Counted from the stretch's first letter, positions 11,594 to 24,275 are shown. The stretch is DNA of 64,000 nt from Woeseiaceae bacterium (GCA_034521225.1 JAXHMR010000016.1:21532-85531); one strand, 5' to 3'. Program-made: numbers and translations. Notes: a model not told the origin generated them from the sequence alone.

Positions 11594-11747
11594 ATCTTCT
11601 GCACTGGTTGAGGGCACAGGCGCCATTGCGGCCCGTCCTTCCGCGGTACTCCGACGCCAAACCGGGTCGGTCGGCCAAGGGACAGCGCTCGCGCGTCAAC
11701 ACGTCAACTCGAACGAATCAGGCGAAAAAATAAGGAGAGTACAGAAT

Positions 11748-14218
11748 ATGTTTTTCATGCAGAGCTTCAGCGAAACGGGTGCGCGTCAGAGTCCACGTGC
11801 CGACGAATTACCCCAGACGGGTATTGTCTCGCAACGCGAACCCGCAGACCATGAGGCTCCGGGGCACCAACGCACGGAGGTACGGCTCACATCGTCGCGC
11901 CCGGGCGCACCGCCGTTCCGCCGGCGAGCGCTCGTGCTCGCCATGTCAGGCATCCTGGGTTCCTCCCTGGTCTGCATGGACAGCGCCCTGGCGCAGGCGG
12001 CCTCCGACGACGCGCAGGAAGAAGCCATCGAAACCATCGAGGTCGTCGAATTCCGCGGCAAACAGATGAGCAGCCCACGCTATACCCGCGGCCTGCTTGA
12101 AACCGCTCGAATTATCTCGGTGCTGCCTAGCGACCTGCTCCAGGAGCAGAACGTGACCTCACTGCGGGATGCGATGCGCAATGTGCCGGGCATCAGTCTG
12201 CAGGCGGGAAGAGGGAAACCCGCCGGCGGGGATCAGCTCAAGATTCGCGGTTTTAATGCCCGCGGCGACATCAAGGTCGACGGCATCCGCGACATGGGCA
12301 ACTACTTTCGCGATCCGTTCTACGTCGACCAACTGGAGATTGTAAAGGGGCCCAACTCCGTGGTCAGCGGACGCGGCTCTCCGGGTGGAACCATCAACTT
12401 CGTGACCAAAAAGCCGGATACCCGGGCGTTCACCCGCGTCGAGCTGAGCGCCGGAACGGACGAGTATTCGACGGGTCACGGTGGATATCAACCAGCCCAT
12501 CGATGACAACAGCGCCTTCCGGCTGAACGTGATGGGCCACTCGGCCGACATCCCGGCCGCGATGTCGTGAACGACAAGCGTTGGGGATTTTCGGCGCCTA
12601 CACCTGGGGCCTGACAGGGCGTACGTCGCTGAACGTGGACTGGCTGTCCACGCGCCAGGACAACATCGAGGACAAGGGGCTTCCCTTCAACAGGGAGGGG
12701 TTCTCCGGACCCAAGGCGCTGTGTGACCAGGCCGACAACGACAGAGTGGGACGTGTGGGTGACCAGCGCTGCGGCGACGGATACGCGAGCCGGCCGGCTG
12801 CCGGACGGCATCGATTTCAGTGATTTCTTCGGGCACGTGGACGATTATCAGGACATCGATGTGGATATCGTCACCGCCGGCGTCGAACACGCCCTGGGCG
12901 ACCGCGCCCGCATCCGCAGTAACTTCCGCTACTCCCGGGTGACCAACGATTCCATTACGTCATCGCCACGAATCAAGGTTCCGGAGGCGTTCTGGGGCTC
13001 CGGCGACTTTTCCGTAGCCGAAGTCCAGGGAGACCTTAAGCCCCGCGACCAGGAGGACGAAGGGTTCTTTAACCAGACGGACCTGGTCCTGCAGTTCGAT
13101 ACCGGCGGCCTGACGCACGACATGGTCGCGGGCTTCGATGTCGGCCGCTTCACGTTCGAGAACCGTCGGCGTCCGGATGTCAAGGGGCCGCGCACCAGTC
13201 TGCTCGACCCGGAGCGCCGCACCAGACCGGCGGCCCCGTTTGCGACCGAGGCGGATCCCGAAGAAAGCGCCGTTCGACAGGTTCGAAACCGAAGAGGCAG
13301 GCGTGTTCGCTCTGGATACGATCCGCATCAGGCCGGAGCTGGATCTCGACCTGGAGTTCGATGCGAACCGGATCGAGGCGGAAGCGCGTGAGCTTCGGGC
13401 GGCCCAACGCGCTGTCGTTGAGCCGGACCGACGAGGAATGGAGCTACAGCGTGGGCCTGGTCTTCAAACCCAGCGAGGACGCTTCCGTGTACCTGGCGTC
13501 CAGCACCGCCTTCGAGGTGTCGGGCAACTTCGATCGCAACCAGATTCAGTTGGCCGGTGGGCCCGGCAACCGGATCACCTCACCCGAGCTCTTCAACGTA
13601 TCTCCGGAGGAGACCGAGGCCGTCGAGCTCGGTTTCAAGTGGCAGGGATTGTCAGGCCTCGACATCAATGCCGCCCTCTTCCGCACCGACAAGACCAAGG
13701 CGCGGGTGCCGGGTATCGGTGCCGATGACCCGTCGGTGCTGGACACCGAGCAGCGGGTGGAGGGCTTCGAGCTGCTCGTCGCCGGCCAGGTCACGCCGCG
13801 TTGGCGATTGTTCGGCGGGTACACATTCCTCGATTCCGAGGTTCGCGAGTCAGCCGCCTTTCCGCAGCTCGTAGGCCAGGGGCTCGGCGGCACGCCCGAG
13901 CACTCCCTGAACGTTTTCAGCACCTACGACGTCACCGACCGATTCTCGTTCGGCGGCGGACTGCAGTACGTCGACGACCAGATCAGCGCGCCCCAGCCGG
14001 TGCTGGATCCGCCGCCGCGGCGCAGCAACGTGGCCATCGACAGCTACACGGTCGTCGACCTGTACTCCACGTATCGCTTCAACGAGCGGGCGCAGATCCG
14101 GGTCAACGCCTTCAACCTCTTCGACGAGAAGTACATCTCGCAGATGGCTGAGGGCGGTGCCCAGGGCATTCCCGGCAAGAGCCGGCACGTGATCGCCACG
14201 CTTCGTTACGACTTCTAG
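11748..14218 (+). CDS. TonB-dependent siderophore receptor (Fiu/PiuA-like), frameshifted
   Basis: Plug motifs SLRDAMRNVPGIS, IRGF, DGIRD, LEIVKGPNS...GSPGGTINFVTK; C-terminus NLFDEKY...ATLRYDF ending in Phe; RBS AAGGAG. Confidence 0.92.
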
Positions 14219-14254
14219 CAGCCTGCCGGCTGATTGACGCCCGGCCGCGGGCAT

Positions 14255-14285
14255 GGCAGCCCCGGGCGCTTGCCCGGGGGCTGTC
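14255..14285 (+). other. GC-rich intergenic hairpin without a U-tract
   Basis: GGCAGCCCCGGGC-gctt-GCCCGGGGGCTGTC between the receptor and piuC; may be an mRNA-stabilising stem. Confidence 0.4.
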
Positions 14286-14316
14286 AGTGCCCGACACCAC
14301 GGAGTAGCATGACCGC

Positions 14317-15000
14317 ATGGTCGTAACGATCGACGACATCCTTACCCTTGACGAGCTCGCCGCGCTGCGCGCGCGGCTGCGCGAAGCGCGGTGGTCCCGA
14401 TCGATCAGCGCCGGTTCCGCAGGCGAAGCTCGCCAAGCACAACGAGCAGCTCCCGGACGACTCGCAGGTGCTGCCGGAGCTGCGCGCCATTGTCATGCGG
14501 GCGTTGAACCGCAGCAGCCTGCTCATCACCGCTGCCTTGCCGTACAAGATCCTGCCCCCCAACTTCAACCGCTACACTGGCGCCCACAACCACTACGGTC
14601 CGCACGTCGACAACACGCTGCGGCCGCTGCCGGACGGCAGCTACCTGCGCACCGACGTCTCCGCAACGCTGTTCCTGTCTGCGCCGGATGAGTACGACGG
14701 CGGGGAACTCTCCATCGAGGACACGTTCGGCACGCATAGCGTGAAGCTGAATGCGGGCAGCCTGGTGATTTACCCGTCCGGCTCGATTCATGAAGTTAAG
14801 CCGGTGACCCAAGGTGAACGGCTGGCCTGCTACATGTTCATTCAGAGCCTCGTGAAGGACGTCGAGAGCCGCCGTCATCTCTTCGAGATGGACATGGCAT
14901 TGATGTCCCTTCGGGAGCGCTATGGAGACGACGACGCGGACCTGATCCGAGCTGACCGGCCTGTATCAGAACCTGGTGCGATCGCTGGTCGGAGTGCTGA
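14317..15000 (+). CDS. ybiX: PKHD-type Fe(II)/2-oxoglutarate dioxygenase (PiuC/YbiX)
   Basis: PPNFNRY, YGPHVDN, RTDVSATLFLS.PDEYDGGEL, HEVKPVTQGERLA, IQSLV; typical position downstream of a Fiu/PiuA receptor. Confidence 0.9.
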
Positions 15001-15099
15001 GACGGCCATAGCAGAACCCGGTTCCCATGTTCAAAAGGGCCGTATCGCGACCTGCACGATACGACCCTGGAACTTCGCCTTCGTTTGCTATATGAGCGC

Positions 15100-15133
15100 C
15101 TGACAACGGAATGTAATCTCAGCAATGGACAAT
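15100..15133 (+). promoter_or_regulatory. Putative Pho box with -10 element upstream of phoX
   Basis: CTGACAA-CGGA-ATGTAAT (11-bp periodicity; consensus CTGTCAT-N4-CTGT(C/A)A(C/T)), followed 10 nt later by GACAAT. Confidence 0.5.
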
Positions 15134-15168
15134 GCAGAACTTTGCCGCGCTGCCCACAGGAGTCATTG

Positions 15169-17330
15169 ATGTCCCGTCATCCGATCGAAGACAGTAACCG
15201 AAGTCCCGCACCCGCCATCTGGGACGTCGTCGACGAGGCGCTGAGCCGGCGTACCTTTCTGCTGGGCGGGGTCGGGCTGGCCGCCGTCGGGACCGCCAGT
15301 GGACTGGGGCTGTTCGGGCTGTCGGGTTGCAGTGCAGGTGGTCGGCTTGGCGACACCGTGCCGCCAGCCAAAGCGCTGGGATTCGCGGCGGTGCCGAAGA
15401 GCCTGGCCGATGCGGTGCGCCTGCCGCCCGGCTATTCGGCGCAGGTGCTGTACGCGCTGGGTGACCCGCTGAGCGCCGACCTGCCGGACTACCCGAACGA
15501 CGGCTCGGATGACGGCAACTGGGACCGCCGTGCCGGTGATCATCATGACGGCATGGCCTACTTCCCGCTGCCGCGCGGCAGCGCAAGTTCCAACCGCGGT
15601 CTGCTGGTCATCAACCACGAGGCACTGACCGATGTCTACCTGCACGAGCACGGCCCGACCGATCTCGGCGGCGGCGTACGGCCGCTGGCGGAAGTGGTGA
15701 AGGAGCAGTTCGCGCACGGTGTCAGCCGGTCATCGATGATCGTACGCCGCGAGGGCCGCTGGATGGTCGACCGCGACAGCCCGCGCAACCGCCGCATTCA
15801 TGTCAACACGCCGGCCGAGATCCACGGCCCGGCGCGCGGCAACGCATTGCTGGTCACGCCGCTGTCGCCCGACGGTGTGGCGAGCTTCGGTACGCTGAAT
15901 AACTGCGCGCACGGTGTAACGCCCTGGGGCACCTACCTTGCCTGCGAGGAGAACTGGAACACCTATTTCGTTCTCGATAGTGCCGCTGACGACACGCCGC
16001 AACTGGACCGCTACGCGATCCGCTCGGCCAACACCGCCGGCTTCGCCGGCCAGGGCCGCGACTATCGCGGCTGGGACACGCCGACGGAGGCCACGCCGCT
16101 CCAGCGTCGCTTCAACGCCTCGCGCCGCGGCGCCGGGCCGACGGAGGACTTCCGCAACGAACCGCACCATCTCGGCTACGCGGTTGAGATCGATCCGTAC
16201 GACCCGCGCCCCACGCCGCGCAAGCGCACGGCCATCGGCCGCTACTCGCACGAGGGACTGTGGTTTGCCCCAGCGGCGGCGGGTGCGCCGTTGGTGGCCT
16301 ACTCGGGCTGCGATGCTCGCAACGAATTGCGTATGCAAGTTCGTCTCTGCCCGGCCCTGGGATCCTGCGGATGCCGCAGCCGGGCTGGCCGCCGGCGACA
16401 AGTACCTGGATGCCGGTACGCTCTACGCCGCCCTCTTCGAGGCCGACGGCCGCGGCCGCTGGCTGCCGCTGACGCCGGAAAACCCGGACCTGGACGGCAT
16501 GAATGCCGCCGGGATCGCGATCTTCACCCGGATCGCGGCCGACCGCGCGGGCGCGACGCCGATGGACCGGCCCGAGTGGGGCGCGGTCCATCCTCTCGAT
16601 GGCGAGGTCTATTTCTCACTGACCAACAGCCGTGGCGACGACAACGGCCGCGGCCAGCGCGCGGAGCGGCCTCGCCGCCGCGCGATGCGGCCAATCCGCG
16701 CAGCTGCAGCGGCGGCCCGGGCGGCGATCCGGACACGGCCGGGGGCAACGTCAACGGCCACGTGATCCGCTGGCGCGAGGACAGGCGCCAGGACGCGACC
16801 CGCTTCACCTGGGACATCTACGCGTTCGGCGCCCGCGCGAGCCACGACCCGGCAATCAACCTTTCGGGTCTCGACAACGACAACGACTTCTCCAGCCCCG
16901 ACGGACTCTGGTTCGACCCGCGCGGCATCCTCTGGTTGCAAACCGACGACGGCGCCTACACCGACACGACCAACTGCATGATGCTGGCCGCGCTTCCGGG
17001 CCGCGTCGGCGACGGCGGCACCGTGGTTATCGATACGCCGGACGGCACGCCGGTCTCGACCTTTGTCGGTGCCGCGCCCGGCGCAACGCTGCGGCGCTTT
17101 CTGGTTGGTGCCCGCGGTTGTCGAGATCACCGGTGTCGAGCTGACCCCGGACCGGCGGACGCTGTTCGTCAATGTCCAGCACCCCGGTGGAACTTGGGGA
17201 CCTGGACAAGTACCACAGCAGCTGGCCTTACAGCGAGGACGCACAGCAGGAGGGCACGATCGGGAGTCGCCGGCCGCGCACTGCAACGATCGCCATTACC
17301 CGCGACGACGGTGGCGAGATCGCGCTGTAG
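15169..17330 (+). CDS. phoX: PhoX-family alkaline phosphatase, Tat-exported (frameshifted)
   Basis: Tat motif SRRTFL; GDHHDGM, LVINHE, AHGVS, NNCAHGVTPWGTYLACEEN, GRYSHE, TPMDRPEW, FSSPDGL, WLQTD, EITG, FVNVQHPG, ITRDDGGEI. Confidence 0.93.
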
Positions 17331-17421
17331 GGGGCCGCTCGCCGACAGATGGGCGTCGTCCACCGGGGATCACTCCTCGTGTATCGTCTGAAACAGTGGC
17401 AGCCTGACGGTATCGGGCCAG

Positions 17422-18621
17422 TTACGGAAGCCGCGCCAGCGTCTGCTGCAACCACCCGAAACCAATGCGTTCCTGCTCAAGACGTATGCGCTCCCCGAGT
17501 CGGTCGGACAACAGCTCGCAATACAATGCATGTTCCGCCGCCGTCAGGCGTGAGGTATCGCCCGTGTATCGACCACCGGCGGGTTCGCGCCCCCATAGCC
17601 GGCGATGTGCTTCCAGCGTCTCGCGGTCCATCAGGAATGACCGCGCATGCGGCAGGGAGACCCGCAATCGGTTCAGGATGCCAAAGCCGTGGGTGTCCGC
17701 TGTCGCCCCAGTAGTGCACGTCGACGTCACGCAGCCACGGAATCTCCGACAATCGCTGCAGGCCATAACCGAGACCGAAGACAACCATGCTCGCCGGGCA
17801 GTCGGGAAACGCGAGACCATTTACGCGATTCTCTGTAATGAACACGCGCTCCAGCGGAGACTTCAGCCCGGCGAACTCCTCTGGCGGCAACGACACGTCT
17901 GAAAATCGGCGCTGGATGTAGAGCGCCGGATCGAGCAGGCGAAAGCGCACGAGCGGCGGCTCAGTGCGCAGGCCGTACCTGTTACTGAAGGCCTTGACAC
18001 CCGTCGCCGACCGGTCGACGGCGCTGTCCGGCAACACGATGTCAAGCAGCTCGCCCAATAGCTTGCGGTGCGATTCGATGAACTTCGTATCGACCGAGGG
18101 AATGTCGAGCTGGCGCAAATAAAGCGCCGGCCGCGGGTGTGCCACGAACCAGTCGAGCACTGCCAGCACCCGCTCCCACTCGGCCGCATGCGCAAGCGCC
18201 TGGTGCGGCCGGCGTGCGAGCCAGTCCCGGAGAGCGGGATGACGCGCCAGCGTCTCGTCGGCAATGGCCTGGAATCGTGCCGCCGCACGGCGTTTGCCGA
18301 TCAGGTCCAGCGCATCGCTTTCGGTGGGAATGACTGCACTGACGGGCAGGACGTTCGCGCCATGGACGCGATTGTTCAGGCTCGTCGAGTCTTCAGCTCG
18401 AAGCCGCTGCCACGCGCCTCGCGGCTCGCCGCGGCCAGCTCGCGCGCCCACTCGCCGACTTCGCCGAAGCGCTCGGCGATCTCGCGCGGGCCGGGGCGGC
18501 GCAGCCGCAGCTCGAGCGGAAAAATGGTCTCGCCGTTCAGGCGTGCCGCGAGGATCTCGCCGCCTTGCCAGCGCTTTTCCAGGCGCTCGACAATTCCCTG
18601 CGCCGTCGTCCAGCGGCTCAT
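17422..18621 (-). CDS. jetD: Wadjet JetD Toprim nuclease (DUF3322 + DUF2220), frameshifted
   Basis: MSRWTT..., YLRQLDIPSVDTKFIESHRKLL, FITENRVN, GLGYG, VHYWGD.DTHGF.IL, RLEQERI; ATGA overlap with jetC. Confidence 0.9.
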
Positions 18622-21600
18622 GAAACGCTGATCATCCGGCGCGCCGCCTGCTCGGCGCGATACTCCTCGATCGTAAGGTTGCGCAACAGCGAGTGCTGTC
18701 CTTCCTCGTTGTGCACGAAACCCACGTTCGCGACGTAAGGCTCGATCACATGAATCTTCTGCAGCGGCGTGACGACCAGCAGCTGCAGATTCAGCTTGCG
18801 GAAGAGTTCGAGGCCGTAGCGCGTGGACTCGTCCGAGCCCGCGGCCAAATGCCTCATCGATGACGACGAAGCGAAACGAGCGCGAGCGCTGCTCACCCCA
18901 CTCCAGGCCGAACTGGTACGCAAGGCTCGCGGCGAGCACGGTGTAGGCGAGTTTCTCCTTCTGCCCGCCGGACTTGCCGCCCGAGTCCGTGTAGTGCTCG
19001 TGCTCGGCATCGTCCTCGCGCCAACGCTCGGAAGCGGAGAACAGAAACCAGTTGCGCACGTCGGTCACCTTGCGCGTCCAGCGCAGGTCCGCAGTCGCTT
19101 GTCCCTCGCGACCGCGGAAGCGTTCGATGATCGCCTGCACCTGCAGGAACTTCGCCTCCGAGTATTGCTCGTCGTCCGAGCCTGTGCGCGCGCCTTCCGT
19201 ACAGGCGCGCAAGCTGTCGCGCAGCTCGCGGACGTCCTGGTCCTGCGCCGGCTCGGCCAGCAGGCAGATGTAGCGGTTCGGGTTGTAGTCGATCTGCCGC
19301 AGCGATCCGTTGATCGTCTCGATGCGCTCGCGGATTTCCTCGCGTTCGCGGTTCAGCTGGGCCTGGAAGTTCGCCACCTCGCGAATCGTGTTTTCGTTGA
19401 GGAGCTCCTTGAAGCGTGACTCGAACCGCGGCAGGTCGTCCGCGCGCAACTGCGCGAGCATGCCGCCGTATTCACCGGCAGCCTCGATGCTGACGTCGAC
19501 CTCGCTCGTCTCAACCGGCCAGGCGTTCTTGTAACGGCGCATGGCATCGATGATCCGGTCGCGCAGCCGTTCGCGGCGTTTCTCCTCGGCATCAATCTTT
19601 GCCTGCAGCCAGTCGCGCATGTCCATCTGCCGGTTATCGCAGGACTCCACCGTCAGGCGGTGCTCGCCGAGCGCCTCGGGCCGCAGCGACTCGAGCACCG
19701 GGAACCAGCGCGCTTTCGCTTCCTCCGGCGTCGCGTCCAGCAAGGTCTGCACGTCGGACAGCGCCTGCTGTGCGGCGTCACGCTTCTGGCTGGCGACGGC
19801 ATGCTCGTTGCTCGTCCTGCGTAACGCTTCCTCGAAGGCTGCAAGTCGCCTCGCAATATCCGCAAGCTGGTCTTGCAATGTCCTCAGGATGTCCGAGGCA
19901 GCTTCGAGCGCCCTGCGCTCCTCTTCCAGGCGCTCCATGTCCCGCACCAGGGCCTGCCAGTCCAGATCGCGGTAACTCTGGAATACCGCGAGTTGCCTGC
20001 AGGCGCCCTCCCGCTCGCGCAACCGGCGGTGCTCATGCTGGATCGCCGCATGGCGTCGGGCCGCCCCCTCGACCTGCCGCTCAAGATCACTGACAAGTTT
20101 TTCGAGCGCGGCAATCTTGCCCTCGTTGGTCCACCCGAGCACGTAGCGCGACGCATCGTCGAGCGCGTGCCGGTCGTCCTTCTCGTGCCGCTGGCTGCTG
20201 GATTTCACCTGTCCGCTGCGGGTCACTGCGCGGCGCTCGCGGCGGAACCGTTCCATATCTGTGCAGCAGGCGTAGTCGAACCGCCGCGCAAGCTCGTATT
20301 CCAGCCAGCCGTAGAATGAGGAATCGGGTCGAATGGAAATCTTTCGCACCAGAGACTCGCGATGCAGTTCCGGCAGGTTCCGGTCGGCACGCTCCAGCAC
20401 GCGAAAATAGACGAGCCGGCCGCGCAGGTGCGTGCTGTCGACCCAGTCAGCCACTGCCCGGTAGTGCGCGTCCGGCACCAGCAGGGACAGGCCGAAATTG
20501 TGCAGGAGGCGTTCGATTGCACCTTCCCAGTCGCGTTCGCCGTCGCGCACCTGCAGCAGCTCGCCGGCGAACGGCAGGTCGTCCGCCGCAAGTCCCAGGT
20601 CCGAGCAAAGCCGCTCGCGTAGCTCGAGGATCGCGGCGGGGATGCTGGAGCGACGCTTGCGCAGGGAGGCCAGCTCAAGCTCGTGCTCCCGCCGGCGATC
20701 CTCGAGGTCGCGCACCTGCACATGTGCTTCGGTCATGCGGTTCTGGATATCCGCCTCGCCGGTTGCGAACTCCGCCGAACAGTCGTTCGATGTCTCGCCG
20801 GTTGGCGGTGAATTGCGCCTCGCCGGCGGCGGCCGCGAGGCCAATTTCGGTTGCGAGGCCGTTGTAGGTGTCGGCACGCGCGCGTCGTTCCGCCTGGATT
20901 TGCGCCAGCCGGTCGATCTCGGTTTTCAGCCGCTCCAGGCGGTCGCCGCCATTGTCGCTTATCGCCTGGCGGACCTCGTCCCGTTCCGTTTCCAGCACGC
21001 GGCGCTTCGCCGTGCCCTCCTCCATCCGCCCCGCCAGCCGTGCGATTTCGGTGTCCAATCGCTCGATACGCTCGCGCAGCAGTTCGCTCTTTATCGGCGC
21101 GAACCACGGCCGCAGCGCTTCGCGGCACGTGCGCAGCTCGCCAACTTTTTCGGTCAGCTCGGTGTGATGCGCGGCATCCTCGACGAGCGGATCGAGCGCC
21201 TCGATCTGCGCCCTGGCTTTCTGCACGGCGCGGTGCGCGCGGTCCAGGTTGTCGAAATGCGCGATGAGCTGCGCGATACGGTCCTCGACCGGAAACGGCT
21301 CCAGCATGTGGCCGCGCACGAACTCCGTCAGGTTGCCGACGGACTTCAGCGAAACAGTCTGGTTGAATAGCTCGAGGGCCTGCTCGTTGCCGATACCGAA
21401 GCGACGCCTGAAGCGCGGCGCCGTACGGTGGGAAGGAATCGAAGACCTCGACGTCGCGCCCGGCGCGCAGCCGCTTGCGCAAATCCTTGATATCGTGCCC
21501 GAATGCAGCGAAGTCCGCCATGATCGAGCAGGGGCCGGTCGGCGACGATATAGAAGCGGGCCGGCTGTCCCTGCGTGTCGCGGAACCAGAATACCTGAGC

Positions 21601-22005
21601 GAGCGTCACGTGGCGGTCGTAACCTTCATTGTAGAAGTGGCCAAGAATGACCGAATAGCTGTTGTGATCGCGCAGCGGCACTGCCTTTGCAGCGAAGCCC
21701 GTGTCAGCCCGTTCCGATTTGTAATGACCGAGCACGTAGGAGCGCAGCGTACGCTCGCGCGAATCGGCGCCGGCGGCCTTGTTGTAAGTGATGCGGTTCG
21801 CGGGCACGAGCAGCGTCGTCAGCGCATCGACCAGTGTCGATTTGCCCGAACCGATGTCACCCGTGACCAGGCTGTTCTCGCCCCGCGGATCGAGCACCCA
21901 GACACGCTTGTCGAACGTGCCCCAGTTGTAGAGCTCGAAACGCTGCAGCCGGAAACCCGCGCGGGCATCGCTCTCGGCAAAATCGAATTGTCCCGCGTCG
22001 CTCAT
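18618..22005 (-). CDS. jetC: Wadjet JetC SMC-like ATPase, frameshifted
   Basis: FELYNWGTF, Walker A GDIGSGKST, long coiled coil, signature SGGQKEKLAY, Walker B VVIDEAF, LLVVTP. Confidence 0.93.
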
Positions 22006-22619
22006 GTCTCTTCCTGCAGTTTTGCGCCGCCATCGTCCAGCTGCGCCTGGTATTCCGCCAGCCGCTGGTCGAGATCCGACAACCATTGTGCGTCCACGAA
22101 TGCCTTCAGGATGCGGCGCACCTCGAACTGGTCCTGCTGTCCCCGCAAGCGGCGCAGGAACCCCAGCTCGACGACCTTGTTGATGTCCGCGTCGATCCGG
22201 TCGACCAGGCGCGCCTCGTTCGAGGCGGCCGGCGTGAACACCTGCACGAGGTCGACAATCTGCTCGCGCGACAAAATCAGCCGCGCCTCGCCGCCGCCGG
22301 CGTCGTGCTCGGCGAGCTTTTTCCTGAGCAACGCGAGCAACAGGCTGACGGCATAGCCAAGCTGGCGGCGCGGCACCAGCCTCGGCAGGTCCGGCTCGTC
22401 GTCGGCGGCTGGCCGCTGGCGCAGGTAGGCGAAGCCTTCCGCTTCGTCCAGCATCAATTCGAGGTTGAGCACGCCGGCATGATCCCGCACGCGAGCCTGC
22501 AGCTCGAGCAGGGCGCGCCACAACTCGGGCGACTGGTCCTGGTACAGCACGCCCTTGAACAGCGTGATCAGCACCGGCGACAGCGCCAGCTGCTCCTGGC
22601 CTTGTGGCGTTTCAAGCAT
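22002..22619 (-). CDS. jetB: Wadjet JetB (DUF4194)
   Basis: LFKGVLY, LDEAEGFAYLRQ, LVPRRQLGYAVSLLLALLRKKL, LGFLRRL, FEVRRILKAFVDAQWL. Confidence 0.92.
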   Translation of the reverse strand: MLETPQGQEQLALSPVLITLFKGVLYQDQSPELWRALLELQARVRDHAGVLNLELMLDEAEGFAYLRQRPAADDEPDLPRLVPRRQLGYAVSLLLALLRKKLAEHDAGGGEARLILSREQIVDLVQVFTPAASNEARLVDRIDADINKVVELGFLRRLRGQQDQFEVRRILKAFVDAQWLSDLDQRLAEYQAQLDDGGAKLQEET

Positions 22620-24072
22620 GGGTGCTGTCCGCCTGCCCGGCCACGAAGATCACGGTCGGCAGCGTCGCCTGCCGCGTGCGCCCGTTTCCCTCCCGCCAGG
22701 TGACGTTCTGCAGGCGCTCCTCATCCACGACGCCCGCCTCCTCGCCCGTCGCAAGGCTGAGCCAGGCCACCAGCTCCGCCAGTCCCTGCTCGAGCGGGTG
22801 GGCATCCAGCAACTCGGCAAGGCTGATCTGCCGGCGGGTCTGCAGCGCCTTCCGCAGCCGGGCACGCAGCCGCTCCTTGTCGACGTGGAACTGTTCGAAC
22901 AGCGCGCTGGCATCGACGTCGGCCTCACCCTCGATGAGCTGCTGGTCCGTGATCTCAGGCTTCACCGGCGGGCTGAACAGCGGACGCTCCAGCGGCAGCG
23001 TCACACTGGGCGCTGCCGCATCGAGCGAGATTACGTGGCCTCGCGGCGGCTCGTCGCGCACGGCAAGGGCGCGCTGCTCGAGGTCGCGGAGCACCTCCAT
23101 GATGCGGCGGTTCTCGAACCAGGCCTGGTCATCGAGGTAGCGCCGCAGCTGCTCCGACAGACGGGCGACAGTGCGCTGCGTAACCTCGCCTGCGCTCAGC
23201 CAGTCATAGTGCACGCGCTTCAGGCGCGGGTCGGGCGACAGCTCGGCGACGGCGTCGAGCGCGAGGACCTGCTCGAGAAGCGCGGTCAGTTCCTCCTGGC
23301 GTGCCGGCGACATCAGGAAATCCCAGAAGGCACGGAAACTGCGGCCCTGGTCGGAGTCGACGATGGCGTCGCGCTCGCCGAAAACCTCTTCGAGCACCGC
23401 GCCCTTGCCGCCGCCGGCGGTGGTGATGCGCTCGCGCACTTGCCGGTCCAGATCGCGGAAATTCTGCTCGACCTGGCGGAAGTCGGCGAGCAGTGCCCGG
23501 GCGGTATCGGCCGCCTGTGCGAAGCGCTCGCGGAGTTGGGTCGGGTCCATCAGCGGCAATGCGCCGCCACGAATACGGGCAATCTCGGCGTCGATTTCCG
23601 CGCGCCGGCGCTCGAGCTCCGCGACGCGGACGTCGGGGCTCGTCTCGCTGCCCACCGCTATCTGTTGTAGCAGGTCGAACACGAGCTTCAAGCGCGACTC
23701 GGCGCCGACGAAGCGCTGCTGTTCGAGGTTCGCGAGCCATTGAATCGCGCGCTCGGCGGCCGGCGTCAGGTCGAGATGCGGTTCGTCGGAATCCGGTGGA
23801 TAGTAGCGGCGCAACCAGCCGCGGGCGTCGCCGGCCCAGTCGAGCAGGTAGTCGCGCGCCGCTTTCGGGTAGGCCTCCTCACCGATCGCCTGGCGCAACT
23901 GATAGACGTAGTCGTCAAGCTTTCCTGCCAACTCTTTTTCGCTCAGTACCCGCACGTTGGGCTCGATAAAGGTGCGGTGCAGAAAGGCGATAACGAACGC
24001 CGCGCTGTCCGCGGCCAGCAGGCGCCAGGCCGGATGATTGCGTCGCAGGCTTGAGAGGAAGTCGTAGTCCAT
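22612..24072 (-). CDS. jetA: Wadjet JetA (DUF3375)
   Basis: HPAWRLL.A, GWLRRYY, DLTPAAERAI, FVGAESRL, SDQGRSFRAFWDFL, PLEQGLAELVAWL; first gene of four overlapping genes. Confidence 0.92.
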   Translation of the reverse strand: MDYDFLSSLRRNHPAWRLLAADSAAFVIAFLHRTFIEPNVRVLSEKELAGKLDDYVYQLRQAIGEEAYPKAARDYLLDWAGDARGWLRRYYPPDSDEPHLDLTPAAERAIQWLANLEQQRFVGAESRLKLVFDLLQQIAVGSETSPDVRVAELERRRAEIDAEIARIRGGALPLMDPTQLRERFAQAADTARALLADFRQVEQNFRDLDRQVRERITTAGGGKGAVLEEVFGERDAIVDSDQGRSFRAFWDFLMSPARQEELTALLEQVLALDAVAELSPDPRLKRVHYDWLSAGEVTQRTVARLSEQLRRYLDDQAWFENRRIMEVLRDLEQRALAVRDEPPRGHVISLDAAAPSVTLPLERPLFSPPVKPEITDQQLIEGEADVDASALFEQFHVDKERLRARLRKALQTRRQISLAELLDAHPLEQGLAELVAWLSLATGEEAGVVDEERLQNVTWREGNGRTRQATLPTVIFVAGQADSTHA

Positions 24073-24275
24073 GATGGAGGGCCGGGTATGCGGCGGCAGT
24101 GGTTTTACCGGTACTTTGCCATCAATGGCGGTTGAGCGGAACGCCGCGAGACGGCAATAGCCGGAAAAACAGCAGCAGCGGATGCTTCGGCGACCTGCAA
24201 CACCACGCCGGTTACCCGCGGCAGCGCAGAATGCTATCGTTCGGCGTATTTTGGCAACGCTCGATACCGCATCTT

